Source: Candidatus Marinacidobacterium sp.
GTDB lineage: Bacteria > Acidobacteriota > Vicinamibacteria > Marinacidobacterales > Marinacidobacteraceae
Length of the DNA: 64,000 nt
Direction: 5' to 3'
Assembly (NCBI GenBank): GCA_965204755.1
Contig: OZ242011.1
Span: forward strand, 1,632,001 to 1,696,000
In this document: positions 27,915 to 36,838 of the stretch, one piece after another
Numbering within the stretch: position 1 is the first letter of the stretch
Layout of the letters: each line of letters starts with the position of its first letter
Position numbers and translations under genes: made by a program
Notes under the pieces: generated by a model
The model's database searches: none
What the model was told of the DNA's origin: nothing
What the model saw: the letters and a program-made list of their open reading frames with translations, nothing else

Positions 27915-28364
27915 CTATACACGATTCGCGCCACCTATACACAATACGGGGCAGCTATACACAATTCCCGTCAGCTATACACAATTCCCGTCAGCTATAC
28001 ACAATTCCAGTCAGCTATACACAATTCCCCTCGGCTATACACAATTCGGCGGCAGCTATACACAATTCCGCGCCGGCTATACACAATTCGCTCGCACCTA
28101 TACACAATTCCGCGTCGGCCATACCCGGTCGATCCTGTCCGTAAACGATCCGCCACTTCACCCTCAGGGCTCGTTTTCGGCCTTACGAGCCCCCGGAGGC
28201 GACATCCATGGGCGCACTTCGGTCGCCGGCGAGTACTTGCGCAGGGTTGCGCGCCGCGCCGCCGCGCCGCGCCCGACCGAACCCGGCCACCTATACACAA
28301 TTCCCGATGCAGCTATACACAATTCGCGCCGGCTATACACAATTCGGGCAGCTATACACAATTC
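27915..28364. repeat. Phased direct-repeat array, 14 x CTATACACAATT in two clusters (10 + 4)
   Basis: Copies at 27915, 27935, 27955, 27975, 27995, 28015, 28035, 28056, 28077, 28098, then 28291, 28313, 28333, 28352. Variable GC-rich spacers of 7-10 bp. Confidence 0.95.
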
Positions 28365-28471
28365 GCGCCGGCCTTCGCGGCGCCGAACGAGCCACTCCCG
28401 TCGCGTGGAAGAACGCTCGGCGCTCGCGCCGGACGACCGGCGGTCGGGCGCGTCGAGCCGGACCTGGATCG

Positions 28472-29140
28472 TCAGAGTATCGCGCCCCGGTATCCACACC
28501 CCATCCGCAACTTGAGGAGCAGTACCGTGCGACCGCCCGTGTCGACTTCCAACCCGTTCGGGTCGTCGAAGTCTTCTTCGAAGATCAAGCCGTTGGGGTC
28601 GGACAAGACCACGGCCGCATGGTCGGGGGTTCCCGCCAAGTTGGCCTGGACGAGTTCCGCCGGGTGGGTTCGATACCACGCCTCCTCGTCTTCAACGAGG
28701 AGGTTGAAGCGATTCAACCACAGGCAATCGAAGCGATACGCCGGTTCTTCGGCGCGGAAGGGAGTGAACACCAAGGCGCCGCAGGCCCCAAGGCTCCTTC
28801 GCTGGTTCCGACCCGGAGTCGTCTCGTTCACCGAGTCCAGTGCCCTTTTGAACCTGGACAACAGGTCGGGGCAGGCCCCGCCCCGTTCCTCGATTTCCGG
28901 GAAGATGCTCCACCTCTCCCGATTCTTTCCGAAGGACTTGATGTGGCGGATCGACTCGTCCCGAAAATCGTGGAGCCAGGAGCACTTCGCAGCGTCCGTC
29001 ACCGGCAGGAGGAGGCGATGCGTGTACTCCTCTCCCGTATACCGGATGATCTCGTCGGGGCGGAATCGAGGAACGAACGAAAGGCGATCGATTCCGTCGC
29101 GCCTGGGGTTGCGCGTGAAGACGGTGTCCAGGTGGATCAT
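28472..29140 (-). CDS. Hypothetical protein
   Basis: 222-aa ATG ORF with protein-like composition. No family recognised. Confidence 0.6.
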   Translation of the reverse strand: MIHLDTVFTRNPRRDGIDRLSFVPRFRPDEIIRYTGEEYTHRLLLPVTDAAKCSWLHDFRDESIRHIKSFGKNRERWSIFPEIEERGGACPDLLSRFKRALDSVNETTPGRNQRRSLGACGALVFTPFRAEEPAYRFDCLWLNRFNLLVEDEEAWYRTHPAELVQANLAGTPDHAAVVLSDPNGLIFEEDFDDPNGLEVDTGGRTVLLLKLRMGCGYRGAIL

Positions 29141-29227
29141 GCGGGGACCTGCTCTGCGGTTTCGCTCGAGAGGGATCGAGGACGGGATGTCCTTCCCGGC
29201 CCCGGCGGCGTTGGTGTCGGTGGAGAG

Positions 29228-29304
29228 TGGTAGGCCCGACTGGACTTGAACCAGCGCCCTCCGGTTTATCAGACCGGCGATCTAACCTGCTGATCTACGG
29301 GCCT
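29228..29304 (-). tRNA. tRNA-Ile: tRNA-Ile (GAT)
   Basis: AGGCCCG TA GATC AGCAGGTTA GATC G CCGGT CT GAT AA ACCGG AGGGC GCTGG TTCAAGT CCAGT CGGGCCT A CCA forms a full cloverleaf with encoded CCA. Confidence 0.95.
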
Positions 29305-29413
29305 GACCGGAGACGGTAGCCCCGAATCCCGCCGGCGGGGGCGCGGTTCATCGGACGCGCCGGTTCGTTAATCGAAATGGATCGAGAGGGGATCGGCCCC
29401 CGGCTCGCTTCGC

Positions 29414-30595
29414 TCAGCCGGGAGGACGGAGGGGCAGGGCCGCGACGCGGGCGAGCGGGAGCGCGGTGATCCGGTCGCCCAGCGGATACTCGGCGTCCCC
29501 CGGATACACGACGAACAGGTGTTCGAGGTCGAGGTCCTTCGCCACCACATGCATGGACTTCGTGGTCTTCGGGGCGTCGGTGCACTGGAACTCGAAACCC
29601 CACCGGCGTCCGCGGCGAAACAGCAGCAGGTCGAGTTCCGCGCCGCGCTGCGTCCGGTAGTAGAACGCCCGGCGTTCGCCGTGGGCGGCCAGCGTCTGTT
29701 CGAGCGCGAACCCTTCCCAACTGGCGCCGTACCGCGGGTGGAGCGCCAGTTCCGCGAAGTCCTCGATCTCCAGCAGGTGGTGGAGGATGCCGCTGTCGCG
29801 GAAGTAAGTCTTCGGGGACTTCACCAGCCGCTTGCCCAGGTTCTCGAACCACGGCGGCAGCACCCGGAGCAGGAACGCGCCGGCGAGCAGGTCGCGGTAC
29901 CGATTCACGGCGGCCGGACGCGAGTCCACCGACCGGGCGAGTTCCGCCGCGTTCCAGGTCCGGCCGTGGTAGTGCGCCAGCATCCTCCACAGCCGCGAGA
30001 GCGCCGGCGCGGGCGGCGCGCCGGCGAGCAGCGGCAAGTCCCGCTCCACGAAGGTCGCGGTGAAGGTGTCCATCCACCGGGTCCAGGCGTCGTAGGAGTC
30101 CGCCAGGAAGGCGCGCGGGAAACCGCCCCGGAGCCAGAGACGCGTCAGCCGTTCGGGCCCCACTTCGCCGAGCGAAAGTCCACCGAGATTCACGAACAGG
30201 ATGCGTCCGGCGAGGCTCTCGGAAACCCCCCGCACGAGATCCGGCGAAGCGCTGCCGAGGACCAGGAACACCGCCCGGCGATCCGGATCGTCACAGACCG
30301 GGCGCAGCACCTCGAAGAGCGCCGGCAGCCGCTGGATCTCGTCGAGGACGACCAGCCCCTCCTGCTCTCGCAGGAGGCGGTCGGGGGTCGCGGTCAGCGC
30401 CTCGCGGTCGGCCGGACGCTCCAAGTCGAAGCGCGTCGTCGGGCCGTCCCAAGTCGCCGCGATTTCTCGCGCCAGCGTCGTCTTCCCCACCTGGCGCGCC
30501 CCGAGGAGCGCGGCCACCGGGCTCTCCGAGAGCGCCTGTCTCGTCGCGTCGAAGGGGGCCTCGCGACGGATCCGGTCGGATCGAGGTTGTTGCAT
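29414..30595 (-). CDS. AAA_14 ATPase + DUF4143 (PD-(D/E)XK-like) protein
   Basis: GARQVGKT, LDEIQ, LGSAS, ESLAGR, GGFP, KRLVKSPK.YFRDSG, ELDLL. Confidence 0.9.
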   Translation of the reverse strand: MQQPRSDRIRREAPFDATRQALSESPVAALLGARQVGKTTLAREIAATWDGPTTRFDLERPADREALTATPDRLLREQEGLVVLDEIQRLPALFEVLRPVCDDPDRRAVFLVLGSASPDLVRGVSESLAGRILFVNLGGLSLGEVGPERLTRLWLRGGFPRAFLADSYDAWTRWMDTFTATFVERDLPLLAGAPPAPALSRLWRMLAHYHGRTWNAAELARSVDSRPAAVNRYRDLLAGAFLLRVLPPWFENLGKRLVKSPKTYFRDSGILHHLLEIEDFAELALHPRYGASWEGFALEQTLAAHGERRAFYYRTQRGAELDLLLFRRGRRWGFEFQCTDAPKTTKSMHVVAKDLDLEHLFVVYPGDAEYPLGDRITALPLARVAALPLRPPG

Positions 30596-30626
30596 ATCGG
30601 TCAGAACTCTGGTCGATATGCAACAA
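30587..30626. promoter_or_regulatory. Inverted repeat (putative operator) over the start codon of the DUF4143 ATPase
   Basis: TTGTTGCATATCG-N14-CGATATGCAACAA, perfect 13-bp arms. Confidence 0.6.
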
Positions 30627-30688
30627 TAACGACCCGCTCACACGAACGCAAGACTCCACCCGCACCCCGACTCCGGGGCGCGCGGCCC

Positions 30689-32290
30689 CTACGGCGCGGG
30701 AGGAGGCGCGGAGTCGGCGGCGGGGGCGGGCTCGTCCACCCGGACGCCGCGCTGCGAACCCCGGGCGACGGCGATCCCGGCGGCCCACTTCTCCTCGTCG
30801 GTGCGCTCCTCCACGGTAGGCACATGGAACCAGTCGTTCTGCACCCGGTCGCGCCGCACATCCAGCACGCAGTAACCCCGGTGGTATCCCTCCCCGAACT
30901 TCATGTGCGGGTTCGCCGCCAACTGGTCCTCCACCGCCTGCGCCACCGCCGCTTCCGTTTCCAGCCGCCGCAGGAAGGAACTCGGCGAAGAGATCGCGGT
31001 CGTGACGAAGTCCACGCCGTACGACCCGGCGCCGGTATCCCGGTCGTAACCCGACAGCGGCGACCGCGGGAGGTCCATACCCCAGGACTGGTGGACATCG
31101 CCGGTCAGCACCACCAGGTCCCCGATGCGCTCGCGCTCCAGGAAGTCGAACAGCCGGTCGCGGCTCGCCCGGTAACCGTCCCACTGGTCCGGGTTCATCG
31201 GGCGCCCGTGTTCGTCCAGCATCGGCCCCATCATCACCTGCTGGCCGAGCACCGGCCAACGAACGCCGGCGGCCTTCAGGCCGGCGAGTTCGCCGTAGAG
31301 CCACCGCTCCTGTTCCGGCCCGAGCAGCGTCCGCGACGGGTGCGCCATCGCTTCCGTGTCACCCCACGCCGCCTGCCGCGACCGCCCGATCAGGCGCGTG
31401 TCGAGCATGATGAGGTCGAGGAGGCGGCCGAAGCGGAAACTGCGGTAAGTGCGCTGGCTCGGCCAGGGCTCCGGTTCGCGGATCGGCATCCACTCGAAGT
31501 AGGCGCGGACGGCGGCTTCGCGCCGGACGAACCAGTCGCCTTCTTCTTCCTCGACCTGGTGGTTCTGCGCGCCGTCGGTGTAGGCGTTGTTGGTGATCTC
31601 GTGGTCGTCCCAGACGCAGACGAACGGATGCTGCCGGTGGAGTTCCTGCAGGTCGGGGTCGGCCTTGTACTGGGCGTGCCGCGTCCGGTAGTCGGAGAGC
31701 GTGACGATCTCCCGGTTCGGCGTCGGGACCCGGTCGAAACGGCTGCCGTCGCCGTAGTCGCGGTTCGTGTACTCGTAGAGGTAGTCGCCGAGATGCAGCA
31801 CCGCGTCGAGGTCGTTGCGCTCGGCGATGCGCCGGTAGGCGTTGAAGTAGCCGAAGGGGAGGTTGGAACAGGAGGCGAACGCGAACCGCGCCTGTTCCGG
31901 GTCGCTCGGGAGCGTGCGCGTCCGCCCGACCGGGGAGCGCTCGCCGCCCGCCTCGAACCGGTAGTAGTAAACGGCGCCCGGCCGGAGTCCGGCGGCGACC
32001 GCCTTCACGGTGTAGTCCCGATGCGGCCCGGTGGCGGCGATCCCTTCCGCCACGATCTCCCGCATCCCCGGGTCCCGCGCCGCCTGCCAGGAGCAGGGCA
32101 CGCTGTCGCGGCCTTCCTGCCCGGAGACGCGCGTCCACAGGAGCACCCGGTCGGTGAGCGGGTCGCCGCTCGCCACCCCGTGCGCGAAGACGCTCGACTG
32201 GCCGAGCAGGGGGAACGGGCGGGCGAACGGCAGCGCGAGCCCGGTTCGCGCCGCCGCGCCCAAGAACTTCCGGCGCGGTACGGTCATCAT
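30689..32290 (-). CDS. phoD: Alkaline phosphatase D, Tat-exported
   Basis: RRKFL Tat motif. FAHGVASGDP, LHLGDYLYE, WDDHE, DQWDGY, LTGDVH. Confidence 0.92.
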   Translation of the reverse strand: MMTVPRRKFLGAAARTGLALPFARPFPLLGQSSVFAHGVASGDPLTDRVLLWTRVSGQEGRDSVPCSWQAARDPGMREIVAEGIAATGPHRDYTVKAVAAGLRPGAVYYYRFEAGGERSPVGRTRTLPSDPEQARFAFASCSNLPFGYFNAYRRIAERNDLDAVLHLGDYLYEYTNRDYGDGSRFDRVPTPNREIVTLSDYRTRHAQYKADPDLQELHRQHPFVCVWDDHEITNNAYTDGAQNHQVEEEEGDWFVRREAAVRAYFEWMPIREPEPWPSQRTYRSFRFGRLLDLIMLDTRLIGRSRQAAWGDTEAMAHPSRTLLGPEQERWLYGELAGLKAAGVRWPVLGQQVMMGPMLDEHGRPMNPDQWDGYRASRDRLFDFLERERIGDLVVLTGDVHQSWGMDLPRSPLSGYDRDTGAGSYGVDFVTTAISSPSSFLRRLETEAAVAQAVEDQLAANPHMKFGEGYHRGYCVLDVRRDRVQNDWFHVPTVEERTDEEKWAAGIAVARGSQRGVRVDEPAPAADSAPPPAP

Positions 32291-32343
32291 GGGCGCAACT
32301 CTACGCGTTCCGGGTTTTTCCGCGCGAGCGGCGGCGTCGAGGG

Positions 32344-33036
32344 CTATTCGCCGCGGCGGTTCGGCCCGATCTCGATCTCGGTGACATGGAGGCTGAGCCC
32401 GGCGCCGGCGCGGATCCCGATCACCCCGTCGAGCGGCAGCCGTTCCGCCGGCAGCGCCGCCATCCGGTCGCCGTTGACGAGGAACACCACTTCGTCCGCC
32501 CGCGCGTCCACCGCCAGCACATTCTCGACCGGCCCCGCCGCATCCTCGGCGAGGGTGGCGATCCCCTCGTGCTCGGTCCACGGCGCCAGGTCGCGGCTGT
32601 CGCCGCCGGAATGCTCGGCGACGCGGAACCGCCCGGCGCTGTCGATCTGGAAGGAGACGAACACCGGCGCGTCCCCTTCGAGATCCCGCCCGGCAAGGAA
32701 GAGCCCGAACGGCGCATCGAGCCGCGCGGAACCGGACTCTTCCGGGTCCCCCTCCGGGAACAGGTAGATCGTGCTGCTGACCGAGTAGTTCCCCGACGCG
32801 AAACTCCCCGGATCCCAGAACACGCCGCCGGGCCCGGCGAACACATGCCACCCCGGCCGCATCACCACGAACCGCCGCTCCTCGGTCGTCTGCGCGTCGT
32901 CGTACCGCACCTTCCAGTGCGCGGGGCGTTCCAAGTTGTGTCCCGACTGCGCGGTGGCGAGTCTTGAAGCGTTGACAAGAGACAACACCGCTATCGCCAC
33001 ACCGGTCAACACGACGGAGCGGTTGGAGAACGACAT
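32344..33036 (-). CDS. Secreted hypothetical protein (beta-rich)
   Basis: Signal-like N-terminus. M.PGWHV..GPG motif, FLVNG. Confidence 0.7.
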   Translation of the reverse strand: MSFSNRSVVLTGVAIAVLSLVNASRLATAQSGHNLERPAHWKVRYDDAQTTEERRFVVMRPGWHVFAGPGGVFWDPGSFASGNYSVSSTIYLFPEGDPEESGSARLDAPFGLFLAGRDLEGDAPVFVSFQIDSAGRFRVAEHSGGDSRDLAPWTEHEGIATLAEDAAGPVENVLAVDARADEVVFLVNGDRMAALPAERLPLDGVIGIRAGAGLSLHVTEIEIGPNRRGE

Positions 33037-33067
33037 CCGAAATCTCACGCCCGCTTCGTCCTTCCGT

Positions 33068-34075
33068 TCACTTTTTCTTGGGGTGCAGGGGAGAGTCTTC
33101 CTTCGCCACCGACCGGAGAGTGTCTTCGAAGCCGGTACCGAGTATCCATCCCTCTTCCCCAGCCACCGCGTCTCGGTGATCTTCTCTGTGCAGACGCTTG
33201 AGAATAGCGTCCAAGTCAAACAGATCCTTCAACTTGCCTTGTGTGTCGAGATTCTTGAACGCACGCGCGTTCTCCAAGACTTGCGCACGATCCGGGATCG
33301 TGTCCCCGAGTCCCTTCGTTATGAGCGAGGGGTAGATTTCGGCGACGACGATGCGGGGTTGCGTCTTCGAGAGAGCCTGTAAGTCAAACGGCCAAACGGC
33401 GATGTGTTCGCCCAGGACCTCGTCCTGTCTCAGGCTCTCGAGCTGTGGAATGCCGACGAGAGATTGGGATCCGACAGAACCCGTGTAATGCAACTGCCAG
33501 ACAGTCTTGGCAGTTCCGACCCTAAGGTCAGAAAGGCGCTTTTCTCCGAAGGAACGTTCCGAGAAGTCAAACACCGGTTTGCCTGTCGAGACCTTCTCCT
33601 TTGGCGGGGTCGTCTCTCCTTTGGGTTTGTAGCGTCCCCAAAACGGTCCGAGATCAGCGTTGCCACTGATTGCCATGTTGATCTCTGCGGCGACAACAAA
33701 CCGGTTGTTGTCGTTCCTCCGGTCGTCTTCGACGCGCTTGTAGAGCCACTGCCACATCGCGATGGCGGGATTTGCGTCGGGCCCCGACCGGGGAAAGTCC
33801 GCGATTCCGCTCCGAAGGGTCTCAACGAAACCCCGCGGGTAGCCGAACGCGAAGTCGAAACCAGCCAGCACGCGCTGGCCGGCGCCCACGGCACGAACCA
33901 AGAGCTGCCGAATCGCATCGATCGCGTCGGACCGCGTGCGTTCGTACCGAACCTCGGGTCGCGTGCCTTCAGGACGGAGAGCCGCCCACCAGATGGCGTC
34001 GCGACTCTCCTTCACGGGCGAGGGCTTCTTGCGAGAGGACCAGTCCACCATCAGGTAGGTGTCGAACATCGACAT
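33068..34075 (-). CDS. Predicted RNase H-fold nuclease-like protein (DUF429-like)
   Basis: GGAGG RBS. VDWS...AIW, GFDFAFGYP, SVGSQ, VWPF, AEIYPS, EGWILG. Lower GC than its neighbours. Confidence 0.65.
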   Translation of the reverse strand: MSMFDTYLMVDWSSRKKPSPVKESRDAIWWAALRPEGTRPEVRYERTRSDAIDAIRQLLVRAVGAGQRVLAGFDFAFGYPRGFVETLRSGIADFPRSGPDANPAIAMWQWLYKRVEDDRRNDNNRFVVAAEINMAISGNADLGPFWGRYKPKGETTPPKEKVSTGKPVFDFSERSFGEKRLSDLRVGTAKTVWQLHYTGSVGSQSLVGIPQLESLRQDEVLGEHIAVWPFDLQALSKTQPRIVVAEIYPSLITKGLGDTIPDRAQVLENARAFKNLDTQGKLKDLFDLDAILKRLHREDHRDAVAGEEGWILGTGFEDTLRSVAKEDSPLHPKKK

Positions 34076-34119
34076 GTAGTGTGTTCCTCCTTGAGGATCG
34101 ATGGTAGTTGGCGGGAAGG

Positions 34120-36672
34120 TTACCGACTCGGCGGTGAGTCCGTCACCTCGCCCCGGGGCGAAGCGTTCTTCACATAGTGCTCCAGCCACCGGTGTTGCTC
34201 CCACAGCGTGTGCATCACCGACTCGCGCGCTGCGTAGCCGTGGCTCTCGTGGGGCAGCATCACCAGCCGCGCCACCGCCCCGTGCCCCTTCAGCGCGTGG
34301 TAGAAGCGGCGGCTCTGCAACGGAAAGGTCCCGGAGTTGTTGTCCGCGGCGCCGTGGATCAGCAGGATGGGCTCGTTCACCCGGTCGGCGTGCATGAACG
34401 GCGACATCCGGAAATACACCTCCGGCGCCTGCCAGAAAGTCCGCTGCTCGCTCTGGAACCCGAACGGCGTCAGCGTCCGGTTGAACGCGCCGCTGCGGGC
34501 GATCCCGGCGCGGAAGATGTCCGAGTGCGCCAGGAGGTTCGCCGTCATGAACGCCCCGTAGGAATGGCCGGCGATGGCGGCGCGGTCGGGATCGGCGACG
34601 CCGCGCCGCGCCGCTTCGTCCACCGCGGCCTGCCCGCTCGCCACCAACTGCTCCACATAACTGTCGTTCGGCTCTTCGTCGCCCTCGCCGATGATCGGCA
34701 TCGTGGCGTTCTCCATCACCGCGTAACCCTGCGTCAGCCAGTAGAGCGCCGAACCCCACCGCACGAAACTGAACCGCTGCGGCGAGTCGCGCACCTGCGC
34801 CGCCGCCGCCGCGCTCTTGTACTCCCGCGGATAGGCCCACACCAGCAGCGGCAGCCGCCCGTCACGCTCCCGGTCGTAACCCGGCGGCGTGTGGAGGAGC
34901 GCGGTCAACTCCACCCCGTCGCTGCGCGTGTAGCGGATGAGTTCCCGCCCGGCGCCTTCGAGGTCGGGATACGGATGGCCGAAGTCCGTGATGGCCCGCG
35001 CCTCGCCTTCACCGGAAGACAGGTCGCGCAAGTAGTAATTCGGCGCCGTCTCCCGCGTCTCCCGCCGCGTCAGCAGCAACCCGGAGTCGGCGTCGAGCAG
35101 CGACAGCGGGACCTCGAACGCGTCCGCCGACGACCGGAAGAGGCGCCGCGTTTCCCCGGTCTCCAGGTCCCACTCGTCCACGAACGGCCGGTTCCCCTCC
35201 GGAGAAGCGCCTTCCGCGGTCAGGTACGCCTTCGTCCCGTCCTCCGAAGTCAGCAGCACCCGCGCGCCGCGTTCGTTCCTCGTGGTCAGCGGCATTCCCG
35301 GCGCGGCGTAGCGATCCTCGTAGGAAGTGTCGTGCGCCAGCATCGGTTCGCCCGTCCCCGCCGGCGGCAGGCTCCATACCTGCTCGGAGCGATCCTGCCA
35401 CCACCGGGTGATCGCCACGCCGCGGCCGGAACCGAACAGCGCCTGCGTCAGCCGCAGCGGAACCTGCAGCGCCACGACCGCCTCGCCGTCGAACGGGGCG
35501 GCCAACTGCATGAGTTCGTCGCGCACCGACGCCTCGGCGTAGGGGTCGCCGCCGTCGCGCGCCTCCGTCCATACCAGCGTGGCGTCTTCGTCGCCGCGCC
35601 AGCCGACCGCGCGCGGCCCGACGGGCGCGGAGTCCCGGCCGATCGGGATCTCTTCCATCAGCGGCAGGTCGGCGAGTTCGTGGACGACCTCGCCGCTCCG
35701 GTCGCGCACTTCGATCCGCTGCGGGAAACGCGAATACGGCACGATGTAGGAGAACGGCTCGTGGATCGTCGTAACCAGCAGGAAACGTCCGTCCGGCGAC
35801 GGAACCGCGTCCCGGACGATCGCCGGCCCGGCGATCTCGGTCGCGTGTCCGTTCAGATCGACCGTAACCACCCGCGCCGTCCCGTGCGCCACGAAGAGTT
35901 CTTCGTCGCGCGGGCCGGTGAGCAGGTCCTGGTAGGTGCGCGCCGGCGCCGCCCGCCCGGTGGTTTCCTGGATCACCGGGGAGATCGGGAGCGGGTCCGA
36001 GTGGTCGCGCAGCCGGTCGTCCGCGGTGCGGGCCGCGAGTCCGGCGGCGCCGGGCAGGAACCGGGAAACGGTCCGCGCCACGCCGGCGACCTCCGCCATC
36101 GCGCCCTCGGCGACCGCCGCCCGCGTCACGAATCCGGAACCGTCGGGAAGCCAGTGGTAAGGCGAGTCGCGGAACATCGCCCGCACTCCGGCGAGCACCC
36201 GCCGCGCCTCCCCGCCGCCGGACTCCGCGACCCACAGTTCGACGCCGTCGTCGCGGGTATGGGTGAACGCGAACCGGGCGCCGTCCGGCGACCAGGAGAA
36301 GTGGTCACCGCGCAGCGGCTCCGGCAGGCCCGCGAGCGGGAGTTCGGCGCCGTCGGCGAGCCGCTTCAGCGTGATCCCGTCCCAGGTGCGGCGCCGGCTC
36401 GCGGCGCTCGTGGCCGGGTCCAGCCGCAGCCCGGCGATGCGGAGTTCCGGCTTCGCCAGTTCCCGGAGCGGGAGCAGGCTGGCGCGGTGCAGCAGCGCGG
36501 CGTGGGCGGCGCCGGGAGCGACGGTGATGCCCGGCGTCGGCGGCGCTTCCGCGATGCGGGCGATCGCCTCCGGCGGCGTCCGGTACCCGGTCTGCGCGAG
36601 CCCCGGAGCGGCGGCGAACAGCGCGGCGCCGGCGAACGCGGCGCCCGCGCGGGGAAGAAGGAATCGGCTCAT
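34120..36672 (-). CDS. S9 family peptidase (glutamyl-endopeptidase-like)
   Basis: Signal peptide, beta-propeller region, GHSYG nucleophile, DNNSG, HESHGY. Confidence 0.9.
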   Translation of the reverse strand: MSRFLLPRAGAAFAGAALFAAAPGLAQTGYRTPPEAIARIAEAPPTPGITVAPGAAHAALLHRASLLPLRELAKPELRIAGLRLDPATSAASRRRTWDGITLKRLADGAELPLAGLPEPLRGDHFSWSPDGARFAFTHTRDDGVELWVAESGGGEARRVLAGVRAMFRDSPYHWLPDGSGFVTRAAVAEGAMAEVAGVARTVSRFLPGAAGLAARTADDRLRDHSDPLPISPVIQETTGRAAPARTYQDLLTGPRDEELFVAHGTARVVTVDLNGHATEIAGPAIVRDAVPSPDGRFLLVTTIHEPFSYIVPYSRFPQRIEVRDRSGEVVHELADLPLMEEIPIGRDSAPVGPRAVGWRGDEDATLVWTEARDGGDPYAEASVRDELMQLAAPFDGEAVVALQVPLRLTQALFGSGRGVAITRWWQDRSEQVWSLPPAGTGEPMLAHDTSYEDRYAAPGMPLTTRNERGARVLLTSEDGTKAYLTAEGASPEGNRPFVDEWDLETGETRRLFRSSADAFEVPLSLLDADSGLLLTRRETRETAPNYYLRDLSSGEGEARAITDFGHPYPDLEGAGRELIRYTRSDGVELTALLHTPPGYDRERDGRLPLLVWAYPREYKSAAAAAQVRDSPQRFSFVRWGSALYWLTQGYAVMENATMPIIGEGDEEPNDSYVEQLVASGQAAVDEAARRGVADPDRAAIAGHSYGAFMTANLLAHSDIFRAGIARSGAFNRTLTPFGFQSEQRTFWQAPEVYFRMSPFMHADRVNEPILLIHGAADNNSGTFPLQSRRFYHALKGHGAVARLVMLPHESHGYAARESVMHTLWEQHRWLEHYVKNASPRGEVTDSPPSR

Positions 36673-36838
36673 CGGACTCTCCCGTGGTGATCTCCGTTCG
36701 GAGGGGCCGGCCATCGTATCCGCCCGGCGCCGGGCGGCGCGAATACGATCCCCGACCCCGGCCGGCGTTCGCGGCGCGGCGCGGCGTCCACCCCCGCCCG
36801 GCCCGCCGCCGGATCGGCCTCCGCCGAGGACTCGCCAC

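Noticed and set aside
27915-28364. CRISPR array call
   Set aside because: The 12-bp repeat and 7-10-bp spacers are far below CRISPR dimensions, some spacers are identical, and there are no cas genes.
27812-29249. ORFs through the repeat array (LYTI / YTQF / AIHNS peptides)
   Set aside because: The period is not a constant multiple of 3, so the same motifs appear in all frames. They also overlap a better ORF on the minus strand.
19039-29304. Integrative element bounded by tRNA-Ile
   Set aside because: No integrase and no direct repeat of the tRNA 3' end were found in the window.
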